From: an uncultured Actinomycetota bacterium | Lineage (GTDB): Bacteria > Actinomycetota > Actinomycetes > Mycobacteriales > CAVVZQ01 | Assembly: GCA_963752715.1 (NCBI GenBank) | Contig: CAVVZQ010000006.1 | Location: forward strand, 93,179 to 157,178 | Length of the DNA: 64,000 bases | Direction of reading: 5' to 3' | Shown: piece by piece, positions 1 through 9,262 of the stretch | Numbering within the stretch: the stretch's first letter is position 1 | Layout: each line of letters opens with the position of its first letter | The notes under the pieces: generated by a model | The model's database searches: none | What the model was told of the DNA's origin: nothing | What the model saw: the letters and a program-made list of their open reading frames with translations, nothing else | Program-made: the position numbers and the translations under genes

Positions 1-1557
1 CCGATCCTGCTGTCGATCTCCAGGTCGCTGCCGTCCACCCCCACGGTGACGGGCACGGCCTGGGCGGAGGTCAGGGTTCTGGCCGCAAGCAGCAGCTCGG
101 TCTCTCCCGACCAGGCCACCGAGTCGACAGAGACCAGCGACGCCGCCGGCCCATAGGTGTCCTCCACAGCAGTGAACCCCGGGAGCCCGTCGATGCGCCC
201 CAGGTAGAGGCGCGACGACCCGGGCGGTCCCGCCACCACTGCCACCCGTACCCCGTCCGGCGCCACGGCCACTGACCGCAGCGGCGCCGGAACCCCCTTC
301 ACGGCAACCGTCTCCCACGCCGGACTCGCCGGCACCTCCCCGCGGTCGAGCCGCAGCCGGAGCAGGGACGCGTTGTCACGGATGACGTACAGCTCGCCCT
401 CTGCCCCCCAGTCGGGGGACGACAGCCCGGCCGCACCGAGGACCTCCGAGGCCGCGCCTGCCGCGCACGACGACAAGGCTGTCCTCGTCGCCACCGCGCA
501 CGACGCCCGCAATCTCCCCATTCACCGCGGACACCGCCGCTTCGGCCAGTGCGATCTCCTCGGTCCCCGGCGGCGGCGAACCGGCGGAGTCGGTCAGCAG
601 ACCGTCCGTCAGGAGGTGGAGCTCGGCCGGACCTGTCCTGGCCTGGAAGCGACTCCAGTCGGAAGCGGTCGACACGTCGGGGGCGTCTACCTTGAGCACC
701 TGCTCGCCGGCGACAATCCGGACCCCGGAGATGCCGAGCCCGCTCAGCGAGGTGACGATCTGCGCGGCCAGCACCGCGCGTCTGCTCTCGGAGAGCAGCG
801 CAGCCTCACTGCCGAGACGTACCTCCGCCACGCCGTCCACCACCGAGGCACCATCCAGGGTGATCGTGTCCTCGTACTGCACCGATGGGGCCAGCCACGC
901 AGCGGGACCCGCGACAAGCGCCGCCATCACTCGCCCCGGCAGCTCGTCCCGTCCGGCCGCAACGAACCGACGGTCCGGCACCAGCACCGGCCGGCCGCGA
1001 GCCATGTAGTACACGCTCACGTCACGGTAGACCCGGCTGAAGTCCTCCTCGGTGAGCACGAGGACGTCCATGGGGTTGTCGATGCGCCAGCCCTGATCGG
1101 TCGCCTGGAGCCGGAACTCGTGGCTCACCAGGCCGGCGCGGGGCTGGTAGCGGCCCGCGCTGTCCACCTCGGCGACCGCGGGGGCCTGCCACAGCAGCCG
1201 GTCGGCGCCGCCGTTGACCTGCTGGGAGATCTCGGTACCTGACTCCGAGACGATCACCACCGACTCCGGCCGCCACAGGCCTCCTACGGTCGGTCGCAGG
1301 TAGCTGCGGGCCCGGTCCAGCCCCTCGGTGGTGGTGGCGTTCGCAGCCAGGAACCCGCGTACGACCTCGATCGGGGTGGCGTCCTCGTCCGGTCCGCTGA
1401 AGTCCACCCGGATCTCGGGTCCGCCCACCAGGCGCGCCTCCTGCTGGGCCGGCATGCTCTGGACCTCGCTGCTGGACGGAACGCCCGCGCAGGCGCTCAC
1501 CCCGAGCAGCACGACCCCGGCAGCCAGGGCGGACCGGAGGCCGCGCAGCGCTGTCAT
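1..1557 (-). pseudogene. lpqB: LpqB lipoprotein (MtrAB-associated). The 3' end runs off the window and the reading frame is broken near 454-465.
   Basis: ATG at 1557 overlaps the mtrB stop (ATGA). The N-terminus MTALRGLRSALAAGVVLLGVSAC carries a lipobox. The ORF frame ends at TGA 376-378 after a junk tail (RRGLGGPRCGRAVVPRLGG). A second minus frame stays open from about 505 to position 1 and reads AGAASEVLGAAGLSSPDWGAEGELYVIRDNASLLRLRLDRGEVPASPAWETVAVKG. Confidence 0.75.
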
Positions 1558-3230
1558 GGCCGCGCCTCCGTCACCGAAAGAACCCGCACCGAACCCGTCC
1601 GGCGCCCGTCCGCCCCCCAGTGCTCGGGCTCCAGTGGCAACGGCGACCTGGTCAGCTCCCCTCCATCGTGCACCGGGACAGTGAGCCGGAACCGGGCGCC
1701 CAGCCCGGGCTCGCCCCACGCCTGCAGCCAGCCTCCGTGCAGTCGGGTGTCTTGGAAGCTGATCGCCAGCCCCAGGCCGCTGCCGCCAATGGTCCGGGCC
1801 CGTGAGGAGTCCCCCCGGTAGAACCGGTTGAACACCAGCGCTGCCTCGCCGGGTCGCAGGCCTCTGCCGTGGTCCGCCACCACGACGGCCACGGCCTCGT
1901 CGTCGCCGGCCACCTGGACCTCGACCGGCGCCCCCTGCCCGTGCTCCAGCGCGTTGCCGAGCAGGTTGCGAAGAATCCGCTCGAAGCGGACCGCGTCGAT
2001 CTCGGCCATCAGCGGCGTGTCGGGCACGGTCAGCTCGAGCTGGCATCCCTGTCGCTCGGCCAGCGCGGCTGTCGCCGCCACCTCCCGCCGAACGATGCCG
2101 CCGACGTCCAGCCAGTCGGGATCCAGAACGGCCACATTCGCGTCGTGCCGGCTGATCTCCAGCAGGTCCGTCAGCAGCTTCTCGAAGCGGTCGACCTCCG
2201 TATCGAGCAGCTCGGCGGCCCGAGCGAGGTCCGGGGAGAACTCCCCGCGGGCGGAGTACATGACGTCCGCCGCCATTCGCAAGGTCGTCATCGGTGTTCG
2301 CAGCTCGTGGGAGACATCGCTGACGAAGCCCCGCTGCACGTCCGAGAGCCGCTCGAGCTCGGCGATCTGGCTCTGGAGGCTGTCGGCCATCCTGTTGAAC
2401 GAGGTTGCGAGGCGGGCCAGGTCGTCCTCTCCCGTGACCTTCATGCGCACGTCGAGGTCGCCGGCGGCCAGGTCCTCGGCATTGCTGCGGGCCTGCCGGA
2501 CCGGCGTCACAACCTGACGCGTCACCAGGGCGGCAACGCCGGCGAGGAGCACCACGAGGACCACACCGGCAGCTGCCATGGTCCGCTGCACCAGCGCGGC
2601 GGTGCTCGCCGTTTCGTTGAGCGGGAACAGGTAGTACAGCGTGAAGGGTCCGAACGTGGAGCCCGCGGTCCCTCCCACGACCAGACCCGGACCGTTCCCG
2701 CCGTTCGGCTGGGGCAGCTTGACGTACTGCAGCTGTACGAGCCCTGCCACGCCGATCGCCTCACGTAGGTCGGAGGGGATCTGCTCCAGGCCGACAACAC
2801 CGGAGGACACTGCTGCCACCGTGCCGCCGGGCGGAACAAGGACGACGTCGAACAGGCCCGCCTGGCTGCCCTTGCCCGAGAGGGTGTCGACCAGGGAGAC
2901 CATGTCCCGGCTCAGGTCCTCGTTGGAGCCCGGGGCCTGCCCCAGAGCGACACCAAGGGTACGAAGGCCGGAGCGAGTCTCGGCGACCGCGGCGGCACGC
3001 TGGCTTGCCACCAGGCCGCTCACCACCAGGTTCGTGACGACGACCAGCAGGACTGTGACGAGGATGCCGGAGAGCACCAGGGTGCTGGTGACGACCCGGA
3101 ACTGCAGGGACCGTCGCCACAGTCGCGCCGGAGGCGACTCCTGCGCGGCGCTGCCCAGCGTCCTCCAGGCCCCCCGGCCGAGCTCGAGCGCGCCGGTGGA
3201 CCACCGCAGCCACAGTGTGCGCGCATCCAT
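1554..3230 (-). CDS. mtrB: Sensor histidine kinase MtrB
   Basis: Internal ATG at 3230, 22 nt after the mtrA stop; the upstream part of ORF 1554..3602 overlaps mtrA and is R-rich. Has TM segments, a HAMP region, the H-box FVSDVSHELRTPMTTL and an HATPase region (LGNALEH, GSGLGLAI). Confidence 0.9.
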   Translation of the reverse strand: MDARTLWLRWSTGALELGRGAWRTLGSAAQESPPARLWRRSLQFRVVTSTLVLSGILVTVLLVVVTNLVVSGLVASQRAAAVAETRSGLRTLGVALGQAPGSNEDLSRDMVSLVDTLSGKGSQAGLFDVVLVPPGGTVAAVSSGVVGLEQIPSDLREAIGVAGLVQLQYVKLPQPNGGNGPGLVVGGTAGSTFGPFTLYYLFPLNETASTAALVQRTMAAAGVVLVVLLAGVAALVTRQVVTPVRQARSNAEDLAAGDLDVRMKVTGEDDLARLATSFNRMADSLQSQIAELERLSDVQRGFVSDVSHELRTPMTTLRMAADVMYSARGEFSPDLARAAELLDTEVDRFEKLLTDLLEISRHDANVAVLDPDWLDVGGIVRREVAATAALAERQGCQLELTVPDTPLMAEIDAVRFERILRNLLGNALEHGQGAPVEVQVAGDDEAVAVVVADHGRGLRPGEAALVFNRFYRGDSSRARTIGGSGLGLAISFQDTRLHGGWLQAWGEPGLGARFRLTVPVHDGGELTRSPLPLEPEHWGADGRRTGSVRVLSVTEARP

Positions 3231-3252
3231 GGAGTCTCGGTCCGTCCCTTTC

Positions 3253-3972
3253 CTACCCGCTCGGGGCCGTGCCCGGCGCCGGCCCCGCAGTGGCCTTGTA
3301 GCCGACGCCGCGCACGGTCTGGATGATCGTCGGGTTGTCCGGATCAGCCTCGATCTTCGCCCGCAGCCGCTGGATGTGGACATTGACCAGCCGGGTGTCC
3401 GCCTGGTGCCGGTAGCCCCAGACCTCCTCCAGCAAGGCATCCCTCGAGAAGACGAACCCGGGCCGTCTCGCCAGGCACACCAGCAGGTCGAACTCCAACG
3501 GAGTGAGTGCGACGGCCTCGCCGTCGCGGGTGACCGTGTGCCCCGGCACGTCGATCTCCAGCCCGCCCACCGACAGTGTCTCGGGATCCTCGCCGCCACC
3601 ACGGCGCAGCCGAGCCCGTACCCGCGCGACCAGCTCCTTGGGCCGGAAGGGCTTCACGACGTAGTCGTCGGCACCCGACTCCAGTCCGAGCACGACGTCG
3701 ACGGTGTCGCTCTTGGCGGTCAGCATGATGATCGGGATCGAGGACTCTTCCCGGAGCAAGGTGCACACATCCAGCCCATTCAGGCCGGGAAGCATGAGGT
3801 CCAGAAGTACTAGGTCAGGGTGGAACTCTCGGAAGGTGCGCAACGCCCGGTCACCGGAGGAGACGAAGGCTGTCTCGAATCCCTCGGAGCGCAGCACGAT
3901 GCCGAGCATCTCCGAGAGCGCTTCGTCGTCGTCGATGACGAGCACGCGCGGCCTGCTGTATCCGTGCTGCAC
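3253..3972 (-). CDS. mtrA: OmpR-family response regulator MtrA
   Basis: Receiver domain (VLVIDDDEAL...DLVLLDLMLPGLNG...KPF) plus a winged-helix domain (LTPLEFDLLVCLARRPGFVFSRDALLEEVWGY...VHIQRLRAKIE...TVRGVGYK). Sits in the mtrA-mtrB-lpqB order. Confidence 0.95.
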   Translation of the reverse strand: MQHGYSRPRVLVIDDDEALSEMLGIVLRSEGFETAFVSSGDRALRTFREFHPDLVLLDLMLPGLNGLDVCTLLREESSIPIIMLTAKSDTVDVVLGLESGADDYVVKPFRPKELVARVRARLRRGGGEDPETLSVGGLEIDVPGHTVTRDGEAVALTPLEFDLLVCLARRPGFVFSRDALLEEVWGYRHQADTRLVNVHIQRLRAKIEADPDNPTIIQTVRGVGYKATAGPAPGTAPSG

Positions 3973-4028
3973 CGTGGCCCCCTTGCCGAATGAGCGCTCC
4001 TCCGCGGTGGCGAAATCGTAACGCTTCG

Positions 4029-4055
4029 GTCACGATCTCTATCATTCCTATCATT
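4029..4055. promoter_or_regulatory. AT-rich patch in the mtrA / 4085 divergent intergenic region: one GTCAC, then TATCATT-cc-TATCATT (9-bp phasing)
   Basis: The sequence is ggtcacgatctctatcattcctatcattgg. It is the only AT-rich stretch between the mtrA start (3972) and the GTG at 4085. The repeat copies start at 4040 and 4049. Confidence 0.25.
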
Positions 4056-4084
4056 GGCGCGCCGTAGCGGCCCGCCGCGAAGAG

Positions 4085-4894
4085 GTGCGCGAAGCTGTGG
4101 CCACGTTCCGCCAGCGTGTTACGTCCCGCGTTGCGGGCGAGGCTGCCTCATACGCGACCAACCGTTTCCCACTGGCCTCCCATGCGCTCTTGTCGCCGAT
4201 CGACCTTGCGCTGCTGACCCGCCACGATGCGGCCCGCGAGCAGGCGCAGAGTCTGCGCCAGGAGTTCCCATGGCTCGAGGCGGGCGACCTGACCCGGCGC
4301 CACGGCCGCCGGCTGACGACGCGCGCCGGGGTGACCGGAGCCGCCACCGGGGGGCTGGCAGCGGTGCCCGCGGTCGGCACCGCGGCGGCTGCCGTGGCGG
4401 TCACTGCCGACCTTGGCCTGACGCTCGCTTCGGCGGCTGAGCTGGTCATGGTCACCGCCGAGCTGCACGGCTTCCGGGGTCAGTCGCTCGAGGAGCGTCG
4501 TACGTGGGTACTCGCGGTGCTGTGGCTGGCCTTCGAGGACCCTCCGTCGAGCGGGCCCAATTCCGAGGTGATCCGACCCGGAGGGGCCGCCGCGACCGCC
4601 GGTCTCAGCGACAGCGCACGAGCCGCAGTCAACCGGCTGGTCGCCGAGCGACTGATCGCCCGGCTGGGGCTTCGGACGGGCGTCCTCCGCTTGGGGAGGC
4701 TGCTGCCGATGGGTCTGGGGGCCGCGGTCGGAGGAGTGGGAAACACCACCTTCATGCGTGCGGTGGCCCGCAGTGCCGAGGAGTTCTTCGCATCCCCGGT
4801 CGGACCCCGCCCCCGAGGGCCGGGGCAGCGCGGAAGGCCCACCACAGTCGTGGACGGCCAGGTTGTGCCCGGTTCGCGGCATACGTACGAATGA
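4085..4894 (+). CDS. Hypothetical protein, 269 aa, no family recognised
   Basis: GTG start. GC-rich third codon positions and balanced amino-acid composition, unlike the overlapping R/P-rich frames. Divergent from mtrA. Confidence 0.6.
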   Translation: MREAVATFRQRVTSRVAGEAASYATNRFPLASHALLSPIDLALLTRHDAAREQAQSLRQEFPWLEAGDLTRRHGRRLTTRAGVTGAATGGLAAVPAVGTAAAAVAVTADLGLTLASAAELVMVTAELHGFRGQSLEERRTWVLAVLWLAFEDPPSSGPNSEVIRPGGAAATAGLSDSARAAVNRLVAERLIARLGLRTGVLRLGRLLPMGLGAAVGGVGNTTFMRAVARSAEEFFASPVGPRPRGPGQRGRPTTVVDGQVVPGSRHTYE

Positions 4895-5003
4895 TTCCGC
4901 CGTCTGGGGCACCGACCCGCAGGTTCCCGTCTGCCACGCGCCCGCCAGAGGTTATGGTGCGGTCGAGGGGACCGGACTGGCTAGTGCCAGGACGGGTTGG
5001 ACC

Positions 5004-5122
5004 GTCTGGGCGGGACAGGACTGGGGCCGGCTGGTCTGGGGCCGACTGGTCTGGGGCCGACTGGTCTGGGCCGACGGGTCTGGGCCGGACGGGTCTGGGC
5101 TGTACTGGTCGGGCCGGGTAGG
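5004..5122. repeat. Tandem array of about 8 units of 14-15 bp (consensus GTCTGGGGCCGACTG, decaying outward)
   Basis: Units start at 5004, 5019, 5034, 5049, 5064, 5078, 5093 and 5108. The two central units are identical. The array ends 12 nt before ATG 5134. Confidence 0.9.
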
Positions 5123-5133
5123 GGGAATCGGGT

Positions 5134-5907
5134 ATGCGCTTCGCCTCCGCAGCCGCAGGCACCGTCCTCGGCGTCGCGGGGATACCGCTAGCGAGGTCCT
5201 TCGTCGTGATCCTTGCGCCGCTATGGGTCCTCGCCGCCGGCACCGAGCTGCTGCGATCGCGTCAGGCGCCTGCGGGCAGGACGACCGACGGAGCCTGCAG
5301 TACCCCGTTGCGGGGCGCGTTGTGCGCCGCGGCCGGAGGATGCGTGGGTGCGTTTCTCGGTGGGATTGCCGCCGGGGCCGTCCTCGGAGGGGCAGATCCC
5401 GCTCAGGCTGCGGGTGGGCTGGGGGCCGTGCCCGCCATCGTCGGCGATGCCTCCCCGCTTCGACTCGTGGCAGCCTCCGCAACCTGGGGCTGCGCGGTGG
5501 CAGCTGGCATGGAGTCAGGCTTGCGCGGAGAGTCGGCACTCGCGGTGTTCGCGGGGTGCGCGAGCCTGACAACCGCCGCAGGGGTCGGGCTCGCGCTCGC
5601 CCTGCCGGGCCTGCACGGGCTGATGACGCTGCTGCCGGCGGCGGTGCTGATCTGTGGAGTCGCAGCCGCCCGGGCCGGCTGGTCGCCTCCCGGGCCGGCC
5701 GGGCCTGCCCGGATCGCCCGGCTGCGGACCGCGTCGCCAGGACTGTCGTCGGTGGCCCTGGGTGCGCTCGGCGGGGCGATGGCGATCGCGATGACGGGGA
5801 CCGCCGCCGCCCTCGGCGCGAGCGCCTCACCCGACCGGATGCTGGCGCTGGGCATGTCGGCCCTGCTCGCCGCCGTCGTGGCGGCGGGGGCCTACGCCCT
5901 GCGCTGA
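5134..5907 (+). CDS. Hypothetical Ala/Gly/Leu-rich integral membrane protein, 257 aa
   Basis: ATG start, several hydrophobic helices, mostly G/C-ending codons. No family recognised. Confidence 0.5.
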   Translation: MRFASAAAGTVLGVAGIPLARSFVVILAPLWVLAAGTELLRSRQAPAGRTTDGACSTPLRGALCAAAGGCVGAFLGGIAAGAVLGGADPAQAAGGLGAVPAIVGDASPLRLVAASATWGCAVAAGMESGLRGESALAVFAGCASLTTAAGVGLALALPGLHGLMTLLPAAVLICGVAAARAGWSPPGPAGPARIARLRTASPGLSSVALGALGGAMAIAMTGTAAALGASASPDRMLALGMSALLAAVVAAGAYALR

Positions 5908-6464
5908 GACTGCCCGCTCGCCACAACCGGCCCGTGTGCCGGGTGCTGGAACCAGTCTGCCGACCTGCGGAAGAGGATGACGCGCGACCGGACGAGTGCT
6001 GCACCGGGGGAGCCGTCCCCGTAGAACGGGATGACCTCGACCGCCAGGACTCCTGCCACGCGCCGCAGCTCCGCAGCGACCGCCACCCTGTCCTCTCCCT
6101 GGTCCACCCGCCGACGCAGGTCGGAGAGAAGTCTGGAGAGGTTGGCCACCACCGTCGCCGGCTGTCGCACGACCAGAGAGAAGGTGGCCAGCGCTTCGAG
6201 GCGACCCGCCATGCTGTGGCGCAGTCCGAGCAGGGCGGCTGCGGGATCCCCGGCTGACGCAGCGCGGCGCAGATCCACGGCCGCCCTCCGCAGGGCGAGC
6301 CCGCCTTCGGTGCCGAAGGGCTGCGCTGCGACGTCCGCCTCGTCGGCCAGCACCCCCAAGTGGCCGGCCACGCGCTGGAGCCCCTCGGGTGCAGGGGGGC
6401 CGGCGGGAGACCGTCCGAGGTCATGCGCATGACTTCCGGGGTCGAGCAGCCGGTCCACCGCCAT
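5892..6464 (-). CDS. Hypothetical protein, 190 aa
   Basis: ATG at 6464. About 85% of third positions were GC in the 20 codons I read. The same frame stays open upstream to TAG at 6669-6671 with no ATG, GTG or TTG, so the N-terminus may be mis-set. Confidence 0.45.
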   Translation of the reverse strand: MAVDRLLDPGSHAHDLGRSPAGPPAPEGLQRVAGHLGVLADEADVAAQPFGTEGGLALRRAAVDLRRAASAGDPAAALLGLRHSMAGRLEALATFSLVVRQPATVVANLSRLLSDLRRRVDQGEDRVAVAAELRRVAGVLAVEVIPFYGDGSPGAALVRSRVILFRRSADWFQHPAHGPVVASGQSQRRA

Positions 6465-6822
6465 TCGCAGCGCCTGGAGATCCGCTCTCGTGGGAAACGC
6501 CGTGATCAGTGCCGCGACGGAGCGCTGAGCGGTGGCGACCGACTCCCACGCAGATCCGGGGGCAGCAGGGTGAGGCTGTGCCGCGCCTGCCGCGTCTCGC
6601 GCGTCTGCGCGCGTCGTCAGCGCTCCCCGCAGTCGGTCCCTCGACCATCCGCCACACCCCCCGGGCGACTAGTCTTGCCTCTCCGGGGCGGCTATGGCAG
6701 CGGATCCCGGAAAACGACGTTCCCGATTCCGTGCGTGCCCGATTACAGGGGGATTCGAGGGCGGACAGCTAGGGACCGGGTCTGAGGAGACGTACCGGGT
6801 CTCAGGTGCCTGAACCGGGGCC

Positions 6823-8146
6823 TCAGGAGCCGTACTGCCAGGAGGAGAGGTAGTCGGCCTGCGCGGGAGTGAGGGTGTCGATCGTGACGCCCATCGCCTC
6901 CAGCTTCAGCCGGGCAACCTCGGCGTCGATCGCCTCAGGCACCTCGTGCACTCCCGGGGTGAGGTCGGCGTACTTGGCAACCAGCCACTCCAGCGTCAGT
7001 GCCTGATCGGCGAAGCTCATGTCCATCACCGCCGCGGGATGACCCTCCGCAGCGCCCAGGTTCGCCAGCCGGCCCTCCGCGATCAGCATCAGCCGCCGCC
7101 CGTCCGCCATCCGGTACTCGTCGGTGTTCGGCCGCACCCCCCGCGTCACCGTCTCCGCCGCCGCGTCCAGAGCCTGCACGTCGATCTCCACATCGAAATG
7201 CCCGCTGTTCGCCAGCAGCGCCCCGTCCTTCATCACCGCGAAATGCTCCGCCCGCAGCACATCCCGGTTCCCGGTCACCGTCACGAACACATCACCCACC
7301 GCCGGCCGCCGCCGCCATCGGCAGCACGCTGAACCCCTCCATCGTGGCGTCCAGCGCCTTCACCGGGTCGATCTCCGTCACCACCACGTGCGCGCCCATC
7401 CCCCGCGCGCGCGAGGCAACACCCTTGCCGCAGTACCCGTACCCGCCCACGACCACCGTCTTGCCCGCCAGCAAGGTGTTCGTCGACCGGAAGATCGCAT
7501 CCAGCGTCGACTGCCCCGTCCCGTACCGGTTGTCGAACATGTGCTTGGTGTCCGTGTCGTTCACCGCCACCACCGGGAAGGCCAGCGCCCCGTCCGCCGC
7601 CATCTGACGCAGCCGGATCACCCCCGTCGTGGTCTCCTCACACCCCGCCCGCACCCCGTCGCGCATCTCACTGCGCGAGGTATGCAACTGGTTCACCAGA
7701 TCACAGCCATCGTCGAACACGAACTCCGGACCCACGTCCAACGCCGCGTCGATATGCGCGTAGTAGCCGTCCCGATCCACCCCATGCCGGGCGAACACAC
7801 TCACCCCGTACGCCGCCACCAGCGCCGCCGCCGTGTCATCCTGCGTGCTCAACGGATTCGACGCACACAGCCGCACCACCGCGCCACCCGCCACCAGCGT
7901 GCGCATCAGCACCGCCGTCTCGGTCGTCACATGCATGCACGCCGCCACCCGCGCCCCCTCCAACGGGCGCTCCGCAGCGAACCGCTCCCGAATCTGCCGC
8001 AACACCGGCATCGACCGCTCCGCCCAATCCACCCGACGCACCCCCGCATCGGACAACGACACATCCGCCACATCGTGCGGCGGAAGACCGGCGGGGGTCG
8101 AGGAGTGGCCTGCGGCGCTCGTGCTCGCGACGTTCGTTTTGCTCAC
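6823..8146 (-). pseudogene. ahcY: Adenosylhomocysteinase, split into two ORFs by a 1-nt frame break at 7295-7297
   Basis: ORF 7292..8146 reads ...[13 protein letters not shown]...[53 protein letters not shown] 6823..7299 reads (V)[19 protein letters not shown]...HFDVEIDV...YLSSWQYGS. Removing one G from the GGG run on the coding strand gives ...[16 protein letters not shown]. Confidence 0.85.
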
Positions 8147-8173
8147 GACGACCAGCGTACGGGGACGCGGGCG

Positions 8174-9262
8174 TCAGGTCGGCTCGGAGGCGTCCCGATC
8201 CGTCGCATCGCCCCGTGCTTCCTCCCGGGTCGCATCCCGGGCTTCCGCTTCCCGCACAAGCTCCTCGCGCAGGCCACGGTAGGGGGTTCCCTCAGAATGC
8301 GCGCCCGGCTCGGCCTCTCCCGCCTGTGCCCGCGTCGCGTCGTAGACGTCCGGCTCGAGGTAGACCACCAGCGCGACCGGCACCGCCGCGCGCAGTCTCT
8401 CCTCGGCGGAGTTGATGGCGGCCGTCACGTCACTGGCCGAGTCTGCGTGCCGGACCGATACCTTGGCCGCGACGAGCAGCTCATCGGGTCCGAGGTAGAG
8501 CGTCTTGAGGTGGATCACCCGGTCGACCGAGTCCTCCGGACCGCCTTCGATCGCCGCGACGATGTGGGCGGTGTCCTCCCTCGTCGACCCCTCTCCCACG
8601 AGCAGGCTCTGGGTCTCGAAGACCAGGATCACGGCCACCGCGACGAGCAGCACACCGATGGCAATGGTGCCGTACGCGTCGTAGGTGGGGTCCCCGGTGA
8701 CCGCACTGGCCACGATCGCCACGAGCGCGATCACCAGGCCGGTGAGCGCAGCGGTGTCCTCCAGGATCACCACCGGCAGCTCCGGCTCCCGGGCGCGCCG
8801 GATGTAGCGCCAGAGAGTCACGCCCGCGCGCCCCGGCTTGGACTCCCTCAGCGCGGTGCGCAGCGACCACGACTCCAGCACGACGGCGAACAACAGGATG
8901 GCGATCGCCACCCCCGGGCTGACGACCTCGCCTTCGCCTTCCTCGATCAGGTTGAGCTTGTGCACGCCTTCGTAGATCGAGAACAGGCCACCGGCTGTGA
9001 ACAGCACCAGGGCGACCAGAAAGGCGTAGAAGTAGCGGTTGCGTCCGTACCCGAAGGGATGGTCGACGTCCGCTGCCTTCCTGGCACGGTTCTGGCCGAG
9101 CAACAGAAGCATCTGGTTGGTCGTGTCCACGACCGAGTGGATTGCCTCAGCCAGCATCGAAGAGGCTCCTGTGACCAGGAAGCCCACGAACTTCGCCGCC
9201 GCGATCCCCAGGTTGGCGGTCGCGGCCGCGAAGATTGCTTTCCGACCGCCCCCGGTACTCAC
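8174..9262 (-). CDS. Cation diffusion facilitator (CDF) family metal efflux transporter
   Basis: Six TM helices with AEAIHSVVDT and HPFGYGR motifs, plus a cytoplasmic C-terminal domain. The GTG start overlaps the upstream stop (GTGA at 9259-9262). Confidence 0.85.
   Translation of the reverse strand: MSTGGGRKAIFAAATANLGIAAAKFVGFLVTGASSMLAEAIHSVVDTTNQMLLLLGQNRARKAADVDHPFGYGRNRYFYAFLVALVLFTAGGLFSIYEGVHKLNLIEEGEGEVVSPGVAIAILLFAVVLESWSLRTALRESKPGRAGVTLWRYIRRAREPELPVVILEDTAALTGLVIALVAIVASAVTGDPTYDAYGTIAIGVLLVAVAVILVFETQSLLVGEGSTREDTAHIVAAIEGGPEDSVDRVIHLKTLYLGPDELLVAAKVSVRHADSASDVTAAINSAEERLRAAVPVALVVYLEPDVYDATRAQAGEAEPGAHSEGTPYRGLREELVREAEARDATREEARGDATDRDASEPT

Noticed and set aside
5004-5122. 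Whether the tandem arrays (also 19015-19103, 31926-31985, 37501-37545 and 44342-44386) could be CRISPR arrays
   Set aside because: The units are 9-15 bp and directly abut with no spacers. There are no cas genes in the window. Several arrays lie inside coding sequence.
4952-6430. 492-aa minus-strand ORF, and the 499-aa plus-strand ORF 4758..6257
   Set aside because: Both have extreme Arg/Pro/Ser content and run across the tandem repeat and two better-supported genes. They are shadow frames.
6700-6822. Repeated gggtctgagg / gggtctcagg / gggcctcagg downstream of ahcY as a structured RNA or terminator
   Set aside because: The copies do not form a clean stem-loop when paired, and there is no U-tract. 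This is probably just imperfect repeats in a 3' region.
8147-8173. SAH riboswitch upstream of ahcY
   Set aside because: Only 27 nt separate ahcY from the upstream CDF gene, which is too short for the riboswitch. ahcY appears to be co-transcribed with it.
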